Below are positions 39,460 to 49,299 of a DNA stretch of 64,000 nt, one piece after another. How positions within the stretch are numbered: the stretch's first letter is position 1; every line of letters begins with the position of its first letter. Both the position numbers and the translations under genes were made by a program. The notes below the pieces were generated by a model, which was given only the letters and a program-made list of their open reading frames with translations, made no database searches and was not told the DNA's origin. Origin of the DNA: Candidatus Omnitrophota bacterium (GTDB lineage Bacteria; Omnitrophota; Gorgyraeia; Duberdicusellales; 4484-171); contig JAIPGM010000005.1 in NCBI GenBank assembly GCA_021735655.1, positions 32,001 through 96,000 on the forward strand, written 5' to 3'.

Positions 39460-40290
39460 TTATTCAAACTTAATCTCATCTAAATAGAATACAATTCCAT
39501 CTGGGTTAGCATCTGGAGTTGCTATCCAGCAAAATCCACCAATTATATATGACATATCTTTATCTTTTAAATCAATTGTATATTGTGTCCATTCCTTATT
39601 CAAAACTAAGGGACCGGTACTAACTCTATCTGAATCGGAAAACTCATTCATGATGCCACCAACCTTAAATTCCTCAATATTCTCTCCTCCCTTTGCGCCT
39701 CTGGCCCAAAAGGTAAGTTTAGCGGCTTTTGACAGGTTATATCCAGCATCAACAGTGCCCCAGTTGTTCGCTGGAGCTTGCCAATATATACCTGCCCAAC
39801 GTGCGTATTGAAAACCACAAGCGCAATAATTAATTTCAATACAAGTCTCCCCTGAATAAGGGTTTTCTTTACTGAGGTAAGAATATTTTATATCACCATA
39901 ATCTCCCATCAATCCATAAGGAAAAAAATGGTTCTTGGCTGAGCCTCTGTCTGAATAAACATAAAAAGGCATGTCTTGGGCCTTGCCCACTGTTCCTGCC
40001 TCCATGGGACCGGTATAAGGAGGCGGCACAATAGGAGTTTTAGTATATAATCCCTCGGGACACAAGAAGTGTGCTTCAGTGGTTTTAACCCCGTCAATAG
40101 TTTCAATTTCATCAAAATAGTAAGTTATCGGTACACCTTCTATATCTACGACGATACTTTTGTCGGTTTTTCTCAGGTATTTTCCTTCTACTGATTTTCC
40201 TGATTTAAGGACTAGAACTTCAGAAAAAGCTGGGATTGCTAACGATAAACAGATCAATAAAGCTAGAGTTACTATGTATTTTTTATCCAT
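39460..40290 (-). CDS. Secreted hypothetical protein
   Basis: Signal peptide MDKKYIVTLALLICLSLAIPAFS. Aromatic-rich body with no recognisable catalytic motifs. Confidence 0.45.
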   Translation of the reverse strand: MDKKYIVTLALLICLSLAIPAFSEVLVLKSGKSVEGKYLRKTDKSIVVDIEGVPITYYFDEIETIDGVKTTEAHFLCPEGLYTKTPIVPPPYTGPMEAGTVGKAQDMPFYVYSDRGSAKNHFFPYGLMGDYGDIKYSYLSKENPYSGETCIEINYCACGFQYARWAGIYWQAPANNWGTVDAGYNLSKAAKLTFWARGAKGGENIEEFKVGGIMNEFSDSDRVSTGPLVLNKEWTQYTIDLKDKDMSYIIGGFCWIATPDANPDGIVFYLDEIKFE

Positions 40291-40359
40291 AAATGTTTAT
40301 TTTGACACGAATTATAAAGCCCTCTAAAAATATATTATCACAAAAGGCCAGAAAGACAA

Positions 40360-40395
40360 GGCTCACCCAATTGGACGAGTTTCACACTTTTTTAG
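40360..40395. repeat. Intergenic repeat containing the palindromic core CCAATTGG (copy A). Copy B lies at 48503..48540
   Basis: GGCTCACCCAATTGGACGAGTTTCACACTTTT versus GGCTCCCCCCAATTGGACGAATTTCGAAACTTTC. The shared core GGCTC-CCCAATTGGACGA-TTTC sits in two unrelated intergenic regions. Confidence 0.4.
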
Positions 40396-40496
40396 CCTCG
40401 GAAAAAATATAAAAGGACCAAAAAGGATACTTTCTGATGTTTAGAGGTAATCAATAAAAAATCAAGGAGCATTAGAAAGATGGTCTACCCTCTTTT

Positions 40497-41762
40497 TTAC
40501 TGATCAGAAAAACTATGAACATTTTCATCGATAATAATATCACTTAAACTGAGCGGTTTATCCAAGGTTATTCCTTCTAAGCTCCGACAACGGCTTAAGG
40601 CAACATAAAGTTGTCCCGGGCTAAATGCACCATGGCCTATATCGATAATTACTTTTTCAAAAGTTTGACCCTGACTTTTATGAATTGTAATCGCCCAGGC
40701 TAGTTTTAGGGGATATTGTCTAAATGATCCGTCTATTTCCTGTTTGATGCCTTGAGTAGAATCATCGAATATGTACCGTATTTTTTCCCAGGTAAATTTT
40801 TCTAAAACATACACTCTACCTTCAATACTAACTCTAACCAAATCACCTGTAAGTTCTGCGATTTCGGCAAGAGTACCATTAACCCATCTTTTTTCTTTAT
40901 CATTATTTAGCAATATTACCCGAGCCCCTTTTTTAAGGAACAATACCTCTTCAGTAGGATAGAGATTTGATTTATAATTTTCAGATACCTCGGCGGTGTA
41001 TTGATATTGTTTTGAGTCAATTTCATCAAGAAAACTTTTGTTTATTTTTTCAGCATTTTTGTTAGTTGTAGTTAAAGTAATAGCTCCATTTTTAATATTG
41101 CCAGCATTTACTCTTTTATTTAAGCTATCAATATCCTTGAGGCTACACTTATTTAAACGTATTCTACCAAGAAGATCGACAAACTTCTTATCAGTTTGTC
41201 GATATATCCGGTCAAGCTGAATGCGATGTAATTCTATCTGGTTAATCACATTTGCATTAAAAAAATAAGAGTGGCTATAATATTGCTTAATCAAGGGCTC
41301 CAGGTTCCTCTCAACTACCGGCGGAAGTTGGAAAACATCTCCAAACATAATTATTCTTATTCCGCCAAAGGGAATATCTTTTTTTCGGTTTATTCTTAAA
41401 GAATGGTCTATTGCATCAAACATGTCAGCTCTGACCATTGAGGCCTCGTCGATTAGGAGAATGTCGAGGTTTTCGATTATTTTCTTTTTAGCACGGTATA
41501 ATCTCTTAACCTGTTCTTTTTGAATAAACCCCAATGGAAAACTAAAAAAAGAATGAATGGTTTGCCCTTCGACATTTATTGCTGCGATTCCGGTAGGCGC
41601 CAAGGTAATAACATTTTTTTTAGTAATCTCCTTAAAGTAACGTAACAAAGTGGATTTTCCAGAACCGGCTTTCCCGGTAATGAATAGATGTTTGTCGGAA
41701 TCCTCCATCAATTCTAATGGCTCTTTAAACTCTCCACAAAAATCAAACTTATCACTATTCAT
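40497..41762 (-). CDS. Pif1/RecD-family (SF1B) DNA helicase
   Basis: Walker A GKAGSGKST, the LLIDEASMV motif and C-terminal HKSQGQTF...LYVALSRC motifs typical of the Pif1/RecD AAA_30 plus UvrD_C_2 architecture. Confidence 0.75.
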   Translation of the reverse strand: MNSDKFDFCGEFKEPLELMEDSDKHLFITGKAGSGKSTLLRYFKEITKKNVITLAPTGIAAINVEGQTIHSFFSFPLGFIQKEQVKRLYRAKKKIIENLDILLIDEASMVRADMFDAIDHSLRINRKKDIPFGGIRIIMFGDVFQLPPVVERNLEPLIKQYYSHSYFFNANVINQIELHRIQLDRIYRQTDKKFVDLLGRIRLNKCSLKDIDSLNKRVNAGNIKNGAITLTTTNKNAEKINKSFLDEIDSKQYQYTAEVSENYKSNLYPTEEVLFLKKGARVILLNNDKEKRWVNGTLAEIAELTGDLVRVSIEGRVYVLEKFTWEKIRYIFDDSTQGIKQEIDGSFRQYPLKLAWAITIHKSQGQTFEKVIIDIGHGAFSPGQLYVALSRCRSLEGITLDKPLSLSDIIIDENVHSFSDQ

Positions 41763-41796
41763 TTTATTCTACTAACAATGGCTAATTCCGGGTTAA

Positions 41797-42453
41797 TCAA
41801 ACAAGATAAGCTTCTACCTTAGCAAGAAGCTTATTTATATCGTTGGCAATATCTTCCGGAAGAACAGAAAGAGTCTCAATTTCACGCCTAACCCTTTTTA
41901 AATCAGAAATAAATCTCATAATCGCTACCCTACCAGAGCGGGTTCTTTCTTTTTCAGGATCTATATCCTCCCTTCTTTGTCTTATCATTTGGGTAAGATC
42001 TTTTTTAACCTCACCAAGATGTTTTCCTTTATCTAATAAATCAGATTTTACTTTTCGGTAATCATCGTCGCTTAAAGTTTTACGTGCCCGCTGTAAAGCA
42101 TTAACTACATCGAAACTAGGCGTTACCTTATTCGGTTCATCTTCAGCACGAGAATCTTTTAAATACAATGGCTCTTCTTTTTCAAGGAACGCATATGAAC
42201 GAATGAGCTTCATTGCGGTGTGTTTACGAACATGCACTTCTTTTTCAGTAAATTGGTCGAATTTCTCATATCCCCAATTACGGTATAACTTTTCTTCCCA
42301 AACAATATGTAAAACTTTTGCAAGACTTTTCCATGAATTTTTGAAATCCCGAGTTGCCCTTACTACTTGGGCTCTCACCTCATCAGCATCGATATCTTTA
42401 CTTGGTAGATCAATTATCTGATTACTTTCTAGCTGATACACCTCTGGCTCCAT
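41797..42453 (-). CDS. Hypothetical protein, DUF3102-like (phage/plasmid-associated family)
   Basis: The motif WGYEKFDQFTEKEVHVRKHTAMKLIRSY resembles the W...W...F.S.RTA.RYM core of DUF3102 proteins. Highly charged. It lies immediately upstream of the helicase on the same strand. Confidence 0.4.
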   Translation of the reverse strand: MEPEVYQLESNQIIDLPSKDIDADEVRAQVVRATRDFKNSWKSLAKVLHIVWEEKLYRNWGYEKFDQFTEKEVHVRKHTAMKLIRSYAFLEKEEPLYLKDSRAEDEPNKVTPSFDVVNALQRARKTLSDDDYRKVKSDLLDKGKHLGEVKKDLTQMIRQRREDIDPEKERTRSGRVAIMRFISDLKRVRREIETLSVLPEDIANDINKLLAKVEAYLV

Positions 42454-42526
42454 AAGTTATTTCCTCCAATTTCCTTCTACCCTGCGTTTTCTTCTTTAAA
42501 AAAATACCCCAAGAGATCAATCGCCT

Positions 42527-43768
42527 TTATTTATGTTTTTTCGCTCTTTTGCTTTTGGATTTAAATCGCTCTGTTTCTTTTTCAATTATGCTCATCCAAT
42601 CGCTGTTCTGATTAACCGGATTAACAACTGTCGAATAATCCCCTTTACTAACTTCAATAACTCCTATCTCTTTATCTAAAAATGTCTGAATTTCATCAAG
42701 CAATTCTAATTCTTCTTTACTGCAAAAAGAAATAGCAACACCCTTATTGATCCCTCTGCCGGTACGCCCAACCCGATGGACATAATTTTCTGTTTTTATC
42801 GGTAGGTCATAATTAATAACATATTTAATATCGACAACATTAATTCCTCGAGCACTAATGTCGGTAGCGATCAAAATATTGCACTCGCCTGCTTTAAATT
42901 TTTTCATTACATCGGTGCGTTTATCCTGTTCTTTATCTCCATGAATAGATAAAGAACTTATCCCCACTCTCTCCATTGCTTTGGCTACCCGCTGAGCACG
43001 GACTTTTGTCCGAACAAAAACAATAATTTTACTCGCTGGATTATCCTTAATAAAACTCTCCAAGAAAAACCGCTTATCCTCCATTTCGACAAACATCACA
43101 TAATGAGTAACGTTCTTTGATACCGGATCTTTAGGTGAAATTTGGATACGTATTGCTGATCCCTTAACTTGAGAATAAGCTAATTTCTTAATCTTATCGC
43201 TTATGGTTGCTGAAAAGAAAAGAGTTTGATGGCGGCGCTTTAGCATTTTCTTAATATATTTGATATCTTCAATAAACCCTAATTCAAGCATATGATCAGC
43301 CTCATCAAGAACTAAAATTTCAATATGATCCAAATTAATATACTTCTGATTAATCAAATCAAACATTCGCCCGGGAGTTGCAATTAAAATGTCTATACCC
43401 TCCTGGAGTTTTTTAATTTGTTGATCCTGCTCAACCCCACCGCATAAAGCAAAAGTTTTGACTTTAGTGTGTTTGGACAACTGAATGAAAACTTCTCCGA
43501 TCTGCAACGCTAGCTCACGAGTAGGCGCCATAATAATACATTTAATTCCTCTTGACCTCTTACTCCTTTTATCAGAATGAATCCTATTGATAATCGGAAT
43601 AGCAAAGGCCGCTGTCTTACCAGTACCAGTTTGAGCAACAGCCAAAACGTCTTCTCCTTTAAGAATTGAAGGTATCGCCTTAAACTGAATATCTGTAGGC
43701 CGAACAAAGCCTAATCGAGCTAAGTTTCTTTTGATATCACTAGAAATATAATACTTTTCAAATTTCAT
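42527..43768 (-). CDS. DEAD-box ATP-dependent RNA helicase (RhlE-like)
   Basis: AQTGTGKT, DEAD, SAT and HRVGRTGRG motifs. 413 aa with a basic tail. Confidence 0.9.
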   Translation of the reverse strand: MKFEKYYISSDIKRNLARLGFVRPTDIQFKAIPSILKGEDVLAVAQTGTGKTAAFAIPIINRIHSDKRSKRSRGIKCIIMAPTRELALQIGEVFIQLSKHTKVKTFALCGGVEQDQQIKKLQEGIDILIATPGRMFDLINQKYINLDHIEILVLDEADHMLELGFIEDIKYIKKMLKRRHQTLFFSATISDKIKKLAYSQVKGSAIRIQISPKDPVSKNVTHYVMFVEMEDKRFFLESFIKDNPASKIIVFVRTKVRAQRVAKAMERVGISSLSIHGDKEQDKRTDVMKKFKAGECNILIATDISARGINVVDIKYVINYDLPIKTENYVHRVGRTGRGINKGVAISFCSKEELELLDEIQTFLDKEIGVIEVSKGDYSTVVNPVNQNSDWMSIIEKETERFKSKSKRAKKHK

Positions 43769-43921
43769 AATGCCTATCTTACCATAAAAACAAAAATCTG
43801 CTATTGTTTAAGAAACGGTAATTTTTAGTAAATTTGACGAAGAAAACATTATTCTTTAAAAAACCCACCTAAAGAAATCTTTTAGATAGAAATTTCCCAA
43901 CTCCTACTATATAATATAGTT

Positions 43922-46900
43922 ATGCGGATTTTAGAAAAAACAATTGCTTACTTTGCCAACCGACATCTTTTAACTAACCTAATGTTTGTGGTCGTCTTTA
44001 TCGGCGGCGTTATCGCCTGGAACAATACCGGCAAAGAAGAACTGCCGGATATTGAATTTGACCACGCCCATGTATCGGCTCGCTATCCGGGAGCCACCGC
44101 CGAAGAAGTTGAACATTTTCTGACCAAACCCCTGGAAGAACAAATTAAAGGCCTCGACGGTGTCTACCGAGTAAACAGCACCTCCAGCGACGGTGGGACT
44201 AGTATCAGTGTTGACTTCGAACAAAACTACCCCGACCTTGACGAAGCAGTGATGGAATTAAGAAATGCCGTGCTTGACACTGACCTACCTGATGATGTTA
44301 CTGATGAACCAGAAGTAAACATCTGGAAAACTACTAAAATGGCAATCATTGATCTTGCCTTAATCGATACCCGAAAACACCTCCTTGATAAACCATCTCG
44401 GCAACGGCTGCAACAATATGCTTACACTCTTGAGCAACAACTGCTGAATATGCCTCAGGTAAACAGCGTGGAAAAATCCGGCTACCATCAGGAAGAAATA
44501 AAAATAATGATCAAGCCGGATAAATTAAAACAGTTCGATATTCCTTTTAACACTGTATTACGGGAAGTTAAAAATAACCACATCCGCCAGCCAGCCGGAA
44601 ACCTGGAAGCAAAAAATGAACCAAAGATTACCCTCCTCTCAGAACTGGATACCGCTGAAAAATTAAATCAGCTGATAATCCAAGGCGGCTTTGAAGGCCA
44701 AGTAGTAAGACTCAAAGAAGTAGCAGATATCGAATATGGATTCGAAAAAAATAATTCCATATCCAAAGTCAACGGCCACGAAGCAATAACACTCAGGGTA
44801 GTCAAAAACAGTTCTTACGGTATCCTAGAAGCTATTGAAGCTGTAAAAAAACAGGTTAAAAATTTTCAAAATACCAGCTTGCAGAATACCGATATCCAGC
44901 TAGTCAGTCTTGATGATGAATCAGTAGATTTAAAAAACCGTTTATCGATCGTAGTAACTAACGGTGCTATCGGTTTTATTCTAATTTTAATCAGTCTGTT
45001 TTTCTTTTTGAATTTTCGCTCAGGTCTCTGGGTAGCTATGGGCATACCCTTTACCCTCTGTTTTTCAATGATTTGCGTAGCCATGGCCGGCTATACTATC
45101 AACAACATAACTTTAGCGGCGGTAATAATTGTTTTAGGCATGATCGTTGACGATGCTATTGTGGTATCAGAAAATATCAGCCGCCTGCGTCTACAAGGTA
45201 TACCCGACGAAGAAGCGGTAGTCAATGGCACGGCTTTTGTTTTTCTGCCGGTAGTAGCCAGTATCTTAACCACCTGTATTGCTTTTGTGCCGCTGTTTTT
45301 TTTTCAAGCCCGCTTCGGCAAAATGTTGGTATTCATCCCGCCGATAATCTTTTTTATGCTCGGAGCCAGCCTCTTTGAATCTTTATTCATCCTCCCTGGA
45401 CATATGCATCTTAAAGTTCCGATTTTTAACCAGCTGGTAAATCGGTTTAAGAAAAATAAATCTAAGCCCTTAAAAACTAACTGGTTTAACAAAGTAGAAG
45501 ATATGTACGGCGGGATCCTTAAGCGGCTGCTACCTTTTAAATGGCTCATCTTTATCGGCTTTATCGGCCTTTTGATATTTTCCGGATTCATCATCAAGAC
45601 TAAGATGAAATATGTAATGTTTCCCGACGAAGAGACGCGTGAAATCAGGATCTCTGGCGAAGCACGCCTTGATGCTGACCGCTATGAAACTGCTGAGCTA
45701 ACCCAAAAAGTAGAAGAAATGATTCTGTCCTACTTAGGAAAAGAAGTGATCGGTTTTCGCACTCAAATAGCTAGAAACCGCTGGGGAAGAGCGATCCAGG
45801 AAAATAAATTTCAGATGCGTATTGAGATCCTGCCCAAAGAAAAACGTAAGAAATCTGCCGACCAACTGATTAAAGAATGGGAAAATAAATTCTCAGGAAT
45901 AAGCGGCCTGGTCAATCTAAAAGCCTCTAAGAGCCGCTGGGGACATTCTAGCGGTAGTCCGATAGAGATAATCGTCCAGGAAAACAATGATCAGACCAGA
46001 AAAAAAATAGTTGAAAAACTGGTTGAAGCGATGAAAAACCACCCGGGGCTAGAAAATGTAGAAATAGATGAACCTTTGGAAAATCCCGAATATAAAATAA
46101 GTCTTAACCGGGAAAAAATTAAACGCCTCTCGATAACTCCAGCTGATGTCTCATCAACCTTAAGAGCTGCCCTAGAAGGAACGATCGCTTATGAATTATT
46201 AAAAGGTGATGAAGAAGTGAATGTCCGTTTTACTGTTATCGAAGCCGCTAAAACTGATATTGAAAAAATCCTTGATATCCCGATAGAGAATGCCGGAAAT
46301 TATCTGGTACCTTTGCGAAATATCGTAGAAGTCAATCAAACCCTAACCCCTAACTCCATCGAAAGAAAAGATTCGAAACGCCTCACCACTATTTTTGCTG
46401 ATATAAATAGCAGCTCAAAACTCACCCCGTTAGAAATAGCCAAGCAACTTGAAGCTAAACAATTACCCGAGATTTTATCCCAATACCCCACGGCTTTAAT
46501 TAACTTTGAAGGAGAAATAAAAGATACCCGTGAAAGCAAAGGTGACTTTACCGGATCAATAGTGATGGCTGTTTTGCTTATTTATATTGTCTTAGTCTTA
46601 TTATTTAATTCCCTGATCAAACCGCTGATTATTATGCTGGCTATTCCTTTTGGCATCGTCGGTATAGTTTTGGCTTTCTGGCTGCATGGCAAAGTTTTAT
46701 TCGGATTTTTCGCCGCAATCGGCGCGATCGGCTTAGCCGGTGTTGTGGTCAATGACTCAATAATCATGCTGGTAAAACTGGAGAAAAGCTACGATAAATC
46801 GCTAAACAAAGATCATTACAACCAGCAGATAGCTGATATTGCTAAAACCCGTTTAAGAGCCGTGGTCTTAACCACCCTTACTACGGTAGCCGGGCTTTTG

Positions 46901-47059
46901 CCTACTGCCTACGGCTTTACCGGCTATGATGCAATGTTAGCTGAGATGATGCTGGCTCTTTGCTGGGGCTTGATCTTCGGAACCCTGATCACCTTAATTT
47001 TAGTTCCCTGTATGTATAGCCTAATTAAACAAATGCACTTTAGACTACAAAAAACATGA
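43922..47059 (+). CDS. RND-superfamily efflux permease (AcrB/AcrD/AcrF family)
   Basis: 1045 aa, 12 TM segments, two large periplasmic loops and an AcrB-like N-terminus. Confidence 0.85.
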   Translation: MRILEKTIAYFANRHLLTNLMFVVVFIGGVIAWNNTGKEELPDIEFDHAHVSARYPGATAEEVEHFLTKPLEEQIKGLDGVYRVNSTSSDGGTSISVDFEQNYPDLDEAVMELRNAVLDTDLPDDVTDEPEVNIWKTTKMAIIDLALIDTRKHLLDKPSRQRLQQYAYTLEQQLLNMPQVNSVEKSGYHQEEIKIMIKPDKLKQFDIPFNTVLREVKNNHIRQPAGNLEAKNEPKITLLSELDTAEKLNQLIIQGGFEGQVVRLKEVADIEYGFEKNNSISKVNGHEAITLRVVKNSSYGILEAIEAVKKQVKNFQNTSLQNTDIQLVSLDDESVDLKNRLSIVVTNGAIGFILILISLFFFLNFRSGLWVAMGIPFTLCFSMICVAMAGYTINNITLAAVIIVLGMIVDDAIVVSENISRLRLQGIPDEEAVVNGTAFVFLPVVASILTTCIAFVPLFFFQARFGKMLVFIPPIIFFMLGASLFESLFILPGHMHLKVPIFNQLVNRFKKNKSKPLKTNWFNKVEDMYGGILKRLLPFKWLIFIGFIGLLIFSGFIIKTKMKYVMFPDEETREIRISGEARLDADRYETAELTQKVEEMILSYLGKEVIGFRTQIARNRWGRAIQENKFQMRIEILPKEKRKKSADQLIKEWENKFSGISGLVNLKASKSRWGHSSGSPIEIIVQENNDQTRKKIVEKLVEAMKNHPGLENVEIDEPLENPEYKISLNREKIKRLSITPADVSSTLRAALEGTIAYELLKGDEEVNVRFTVIEAAKTDIEKILDIPIENAGNYLVPLRNIVEVNQTLTPNSIERKDSKRLTTIFADINSSSKLTPLEIAKQLEAKQLPEILSQYPTALINFEGEIKDTRESKGDFTGSIVMAVLLIYIVLVLLFNSLIKPLIIMLAIPFGIVGIVLAFWLHGKVLFGFFAAIGAIGLAGVVVNDSIIMLVKLEKSYDKSLNKDHYNQQIADIAKTRLRAVVLTTLTTVAGLLPTAYGFTGYDAMLAEMMLALCWGLIFGTLITLILVPCMYSLIKQMHFRLQKT

Positions 47060-48453
47060 AGAAAATAACTATAGTCTATTTATTTTCTTTTTTGATTTTG
47101 TTGACGGTCTACGCTCAAGAAGAACCACAAGAAATCTCCCTGGAAGAATTCATCCAGAAAGCCTGCCGTAAAGATACGGTGTTTCAGTCGATCCTTATTG
47201 ATGAACTAGCCCTCAAATACCGAAAAGCGCTGACCCTTCCGGCTGGAGATTTAGTAGTCTCAATAACCAATCAATATCATACTTTTTTTAATCCCAAAGA
47301 AAACGAAATAGACAATTCCTTTTCCTTAAGTAAATTATTTCCCAACACCGGAACCACAGTCAGCGCTGACTATACTTCTTCGGTTTCAAACAGTAGCCGG
47401 GCAGTTAATTCAGAATTAGATCTTTATATTTCCCAGCCGATCGCCGAGAATGCTTTTGGTAAAGATACCCGCCTATTAGATAAACTTACCGGTATTGAAA
47501 TCGATGTGGCCCAGCATCAAGTCATTGAAGCCTACGAAGACTACCTAGCCTCTTTGGTTCAGACCTATCTTGACTGGTATTCAGCCTACAAAAGCGTAGA
47601 AACAGCTGAAAATTCCTACAAAGTGAATCTGAAACTCTTAAAAAACGTTAAAGAACGCCAGCGTAACAGCATTGCCTTACCAATTGATGTTAATAAAATT
47701 AATGTCCAAGTCCTAGCTAAAGAGGAAAACCTAGTTTCCCTTAAAAATCAATATACCGAATACTTTAATCTGATCAAGCAAGCTCTACGTAGTGATGAAA
47801 ATATAGAACTTAAGCCTTTAGATCCTGATTCTTACGATCAAATTGCAATTGACTTTGACAACGGCTATCAGCAATTCCGTAGCCAAAGCCGAACCTATCA
47901 GATGCTTTTGCTGTTAGAAGAAAAAAGTTCAGTTCAAGTAGCCAGAGATGCTGATAAACTCCTACCATCTATCGACTTAAAACTTGGTTACTTAATAGAG
48001 GGCGATAACCACGGGTTAAGCAATAACCAGAATACGTTCTACGGTAAAATCGAACTAGACTGGCCTTTTTTCGGCCAAAAAGAACAAGCACAGCATGAAA
48101 CCTCAAAAATCGCTCAGCGCAAACAAAAGCTTAATAATCAAAGTACTTATGCTGACCTTTACACTAATCTAAAAAATATTTATGAGGCTGTCGAACGAGA
48201 AAAGAAACTAATCTCCCTGTCCGATGAAAAAATTGGCCTGGCTGAAGCTATCGTCAAAGATGAAACTAAAAACTACTCTTACGGCAAAGTGACCTTAAAA
48301 GATTATATCGATGAAATCAACAAGTTGGAAGATAATAAGTTCACTAAAATTACCCATACCATTCAACTGCGCAAGCTAATCGTCGAATGGCTGCGCTTAA
48401 ACGATCTTTTGATCACTCAAGACGAAACCCTAACCTTAACTGCCCCCGAATAA
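47056..48453 (+). CDS. Outer-membrane efflux protein (TolC/OEP family)
   Basis: Signal peptide plus two OEP-like coiled-coil repeat halves. 4-nt overlap with the RND gene. Confidence 0.65.
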   Translation: MKKITIVYLFSFLILLTVYAQEEPQEISLEEFIQKACRKDTVFQSILIDELALKYRKALTLPAGDLVVSITNQYHTFFNPKENEIDNSFSLSKLFPNTGTTVSADYTSSVSNSSRAVNSELDLYISQPIAENAFGKDTRLLDKLTGIEIDVAQHQVIEAYEDYLASLVQTYLDWYSAYKSVETAENSYKVNLKLLKNVKERQRNSIALPIDVNKINVQVLAKEENLVSLKNQYTEYFNLIKQALRSDENIELKPLDPDSYDQIAIDFDNGYQQFRSQSRTYQMLLLLEEKSSVQVARDADKLLPSIDLKLGYLIEGDNHGLSNNQNTFYGKIELDWPFFGQKEQAQHETSKIAQRKQKLNNQSTYADLYTNLKNIYEAVEREKKLISLSDEKIGLAEAIVKDETKNYSYGKVTLKDYIDEINKLEDNKFTKITHTIQLRKLIVEWLRLNDLLITQDETLTLTAPE

Positions 48454-48485
48454 AAAAGCCTGCCAAGAAATGGCAGGCTAAAAAG
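48452..48485 (-). terminator. Hairpin GCCTGCC-aagaaat-GGCAGGC flanked by A/T tracts; identical copy at 52611..52644
   Basis: A 33-nt block AAAAAAGCCTGCCAAGAAATGGCAGGC(T/C)AAAAAG is repeated twice 4.1 kb apart. On the minus strand the stem is followed by TTTTTT. It is located where the CcdA and TolC-like genes converge. Confidence 0.55.
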
Positions 48486-48601
48486 TTTGTAATTCGAAGA
48501 CTGGCTCCCCCCAATTGGACGAATTTCGAAACTTTCTAAAAAAATTTAGATATTATTATGCAGCCGCTAACAAGAAAAAATTGGACACCATATTAATATT
48601 A

Positions 48602-49297
48602 TCACCATAATGTATTAACAACAGTATAATTCCAAATAAAATAAATCCCAACAAGTATGAATATAATGCCCGTAATCTTCCTCGTGTATAATTCTAGCAC
48701 CGCTACTTTATGGAACCATTTCGAAAAAGAAGTAACACCCGCAGCAATTCCCAAGGCAAATACAACTACAGGAATACCTGTACCTATACCATAGAAAAAA
48801 GGTAAAATAATCCCATGAGGACTCTTTAAAGCAAGAGGGATTAAGCTGCCGAAAAATAGGGCTGCCGCTATTGGACAAAAAGATAAAGCAAACACTGCCC
48901 CAAGAACAAAAGCCCCCCTGGCTCCTGATTCTGACAATGCTGTCTGCTTGTCTTTAGAAATTGAGAATCTCAAAGCATTTATTTTTAGTATATCTAGCAA
49001 AGACAATCCAACCATTAGCAAAATAGGACCCAAAATCTTATTCATGTATTTCTGCAAAAAATTAGCTACTATCGGAATACTAACCAAAGAAGTTATGATA
49101 ATAGATCCTAACACCGCATAGGTAAGCATACGCCCAACAGTATAAGCAAGGCTTGATTGCAATACTTGTTTTGGATGATTTATTCTTTTTGATAGAAATG
49201 ATATAGCCGCTATATTTGTAGCAAAAGGACAGGGACTTATTGAGGTGAGAATTCCAAACCACAATGCAGAAACCAATGGTAGCACAATTTCAATCAT
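48602..49297 (-). CDS. ccdA: CcdA/DsbD-family thiol-disulfide transmembrane electron-transfer protein
   Basis: 231 aa and six TM helices with the ISPCP motif (LTSISPCPFATN) and a second conserved Cys in SFCP. Confidence 0.75.
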   Translation of the reverse strand: MIEIVLPLVSALWFGILTSISPCPFATNIAAISFLSKRINHPKQVLQSSLAYTVGRMLTYAVLGSIIITSLVSIPIVANFLQKYMNKILGPILLMVGLSLLDILKINALRFSISKDKQTALSESGARGAFVLGAVFALSFCPIAAALFFGSLIPLALKSPHGIILPFFYGIGTGIPVVVFALGIAAGVTSFSKWFHKVAVLELYTRKITGIIFILVGIYFIWNYTVVNTLW

Positions 49298-49299
49298 CT

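Noticed and set aside
43510-43707. 65-aa ORF inside the DEAD-box helicase gene
   Set aside because: It uses a different frame of a gene with canonical helicase motifs.
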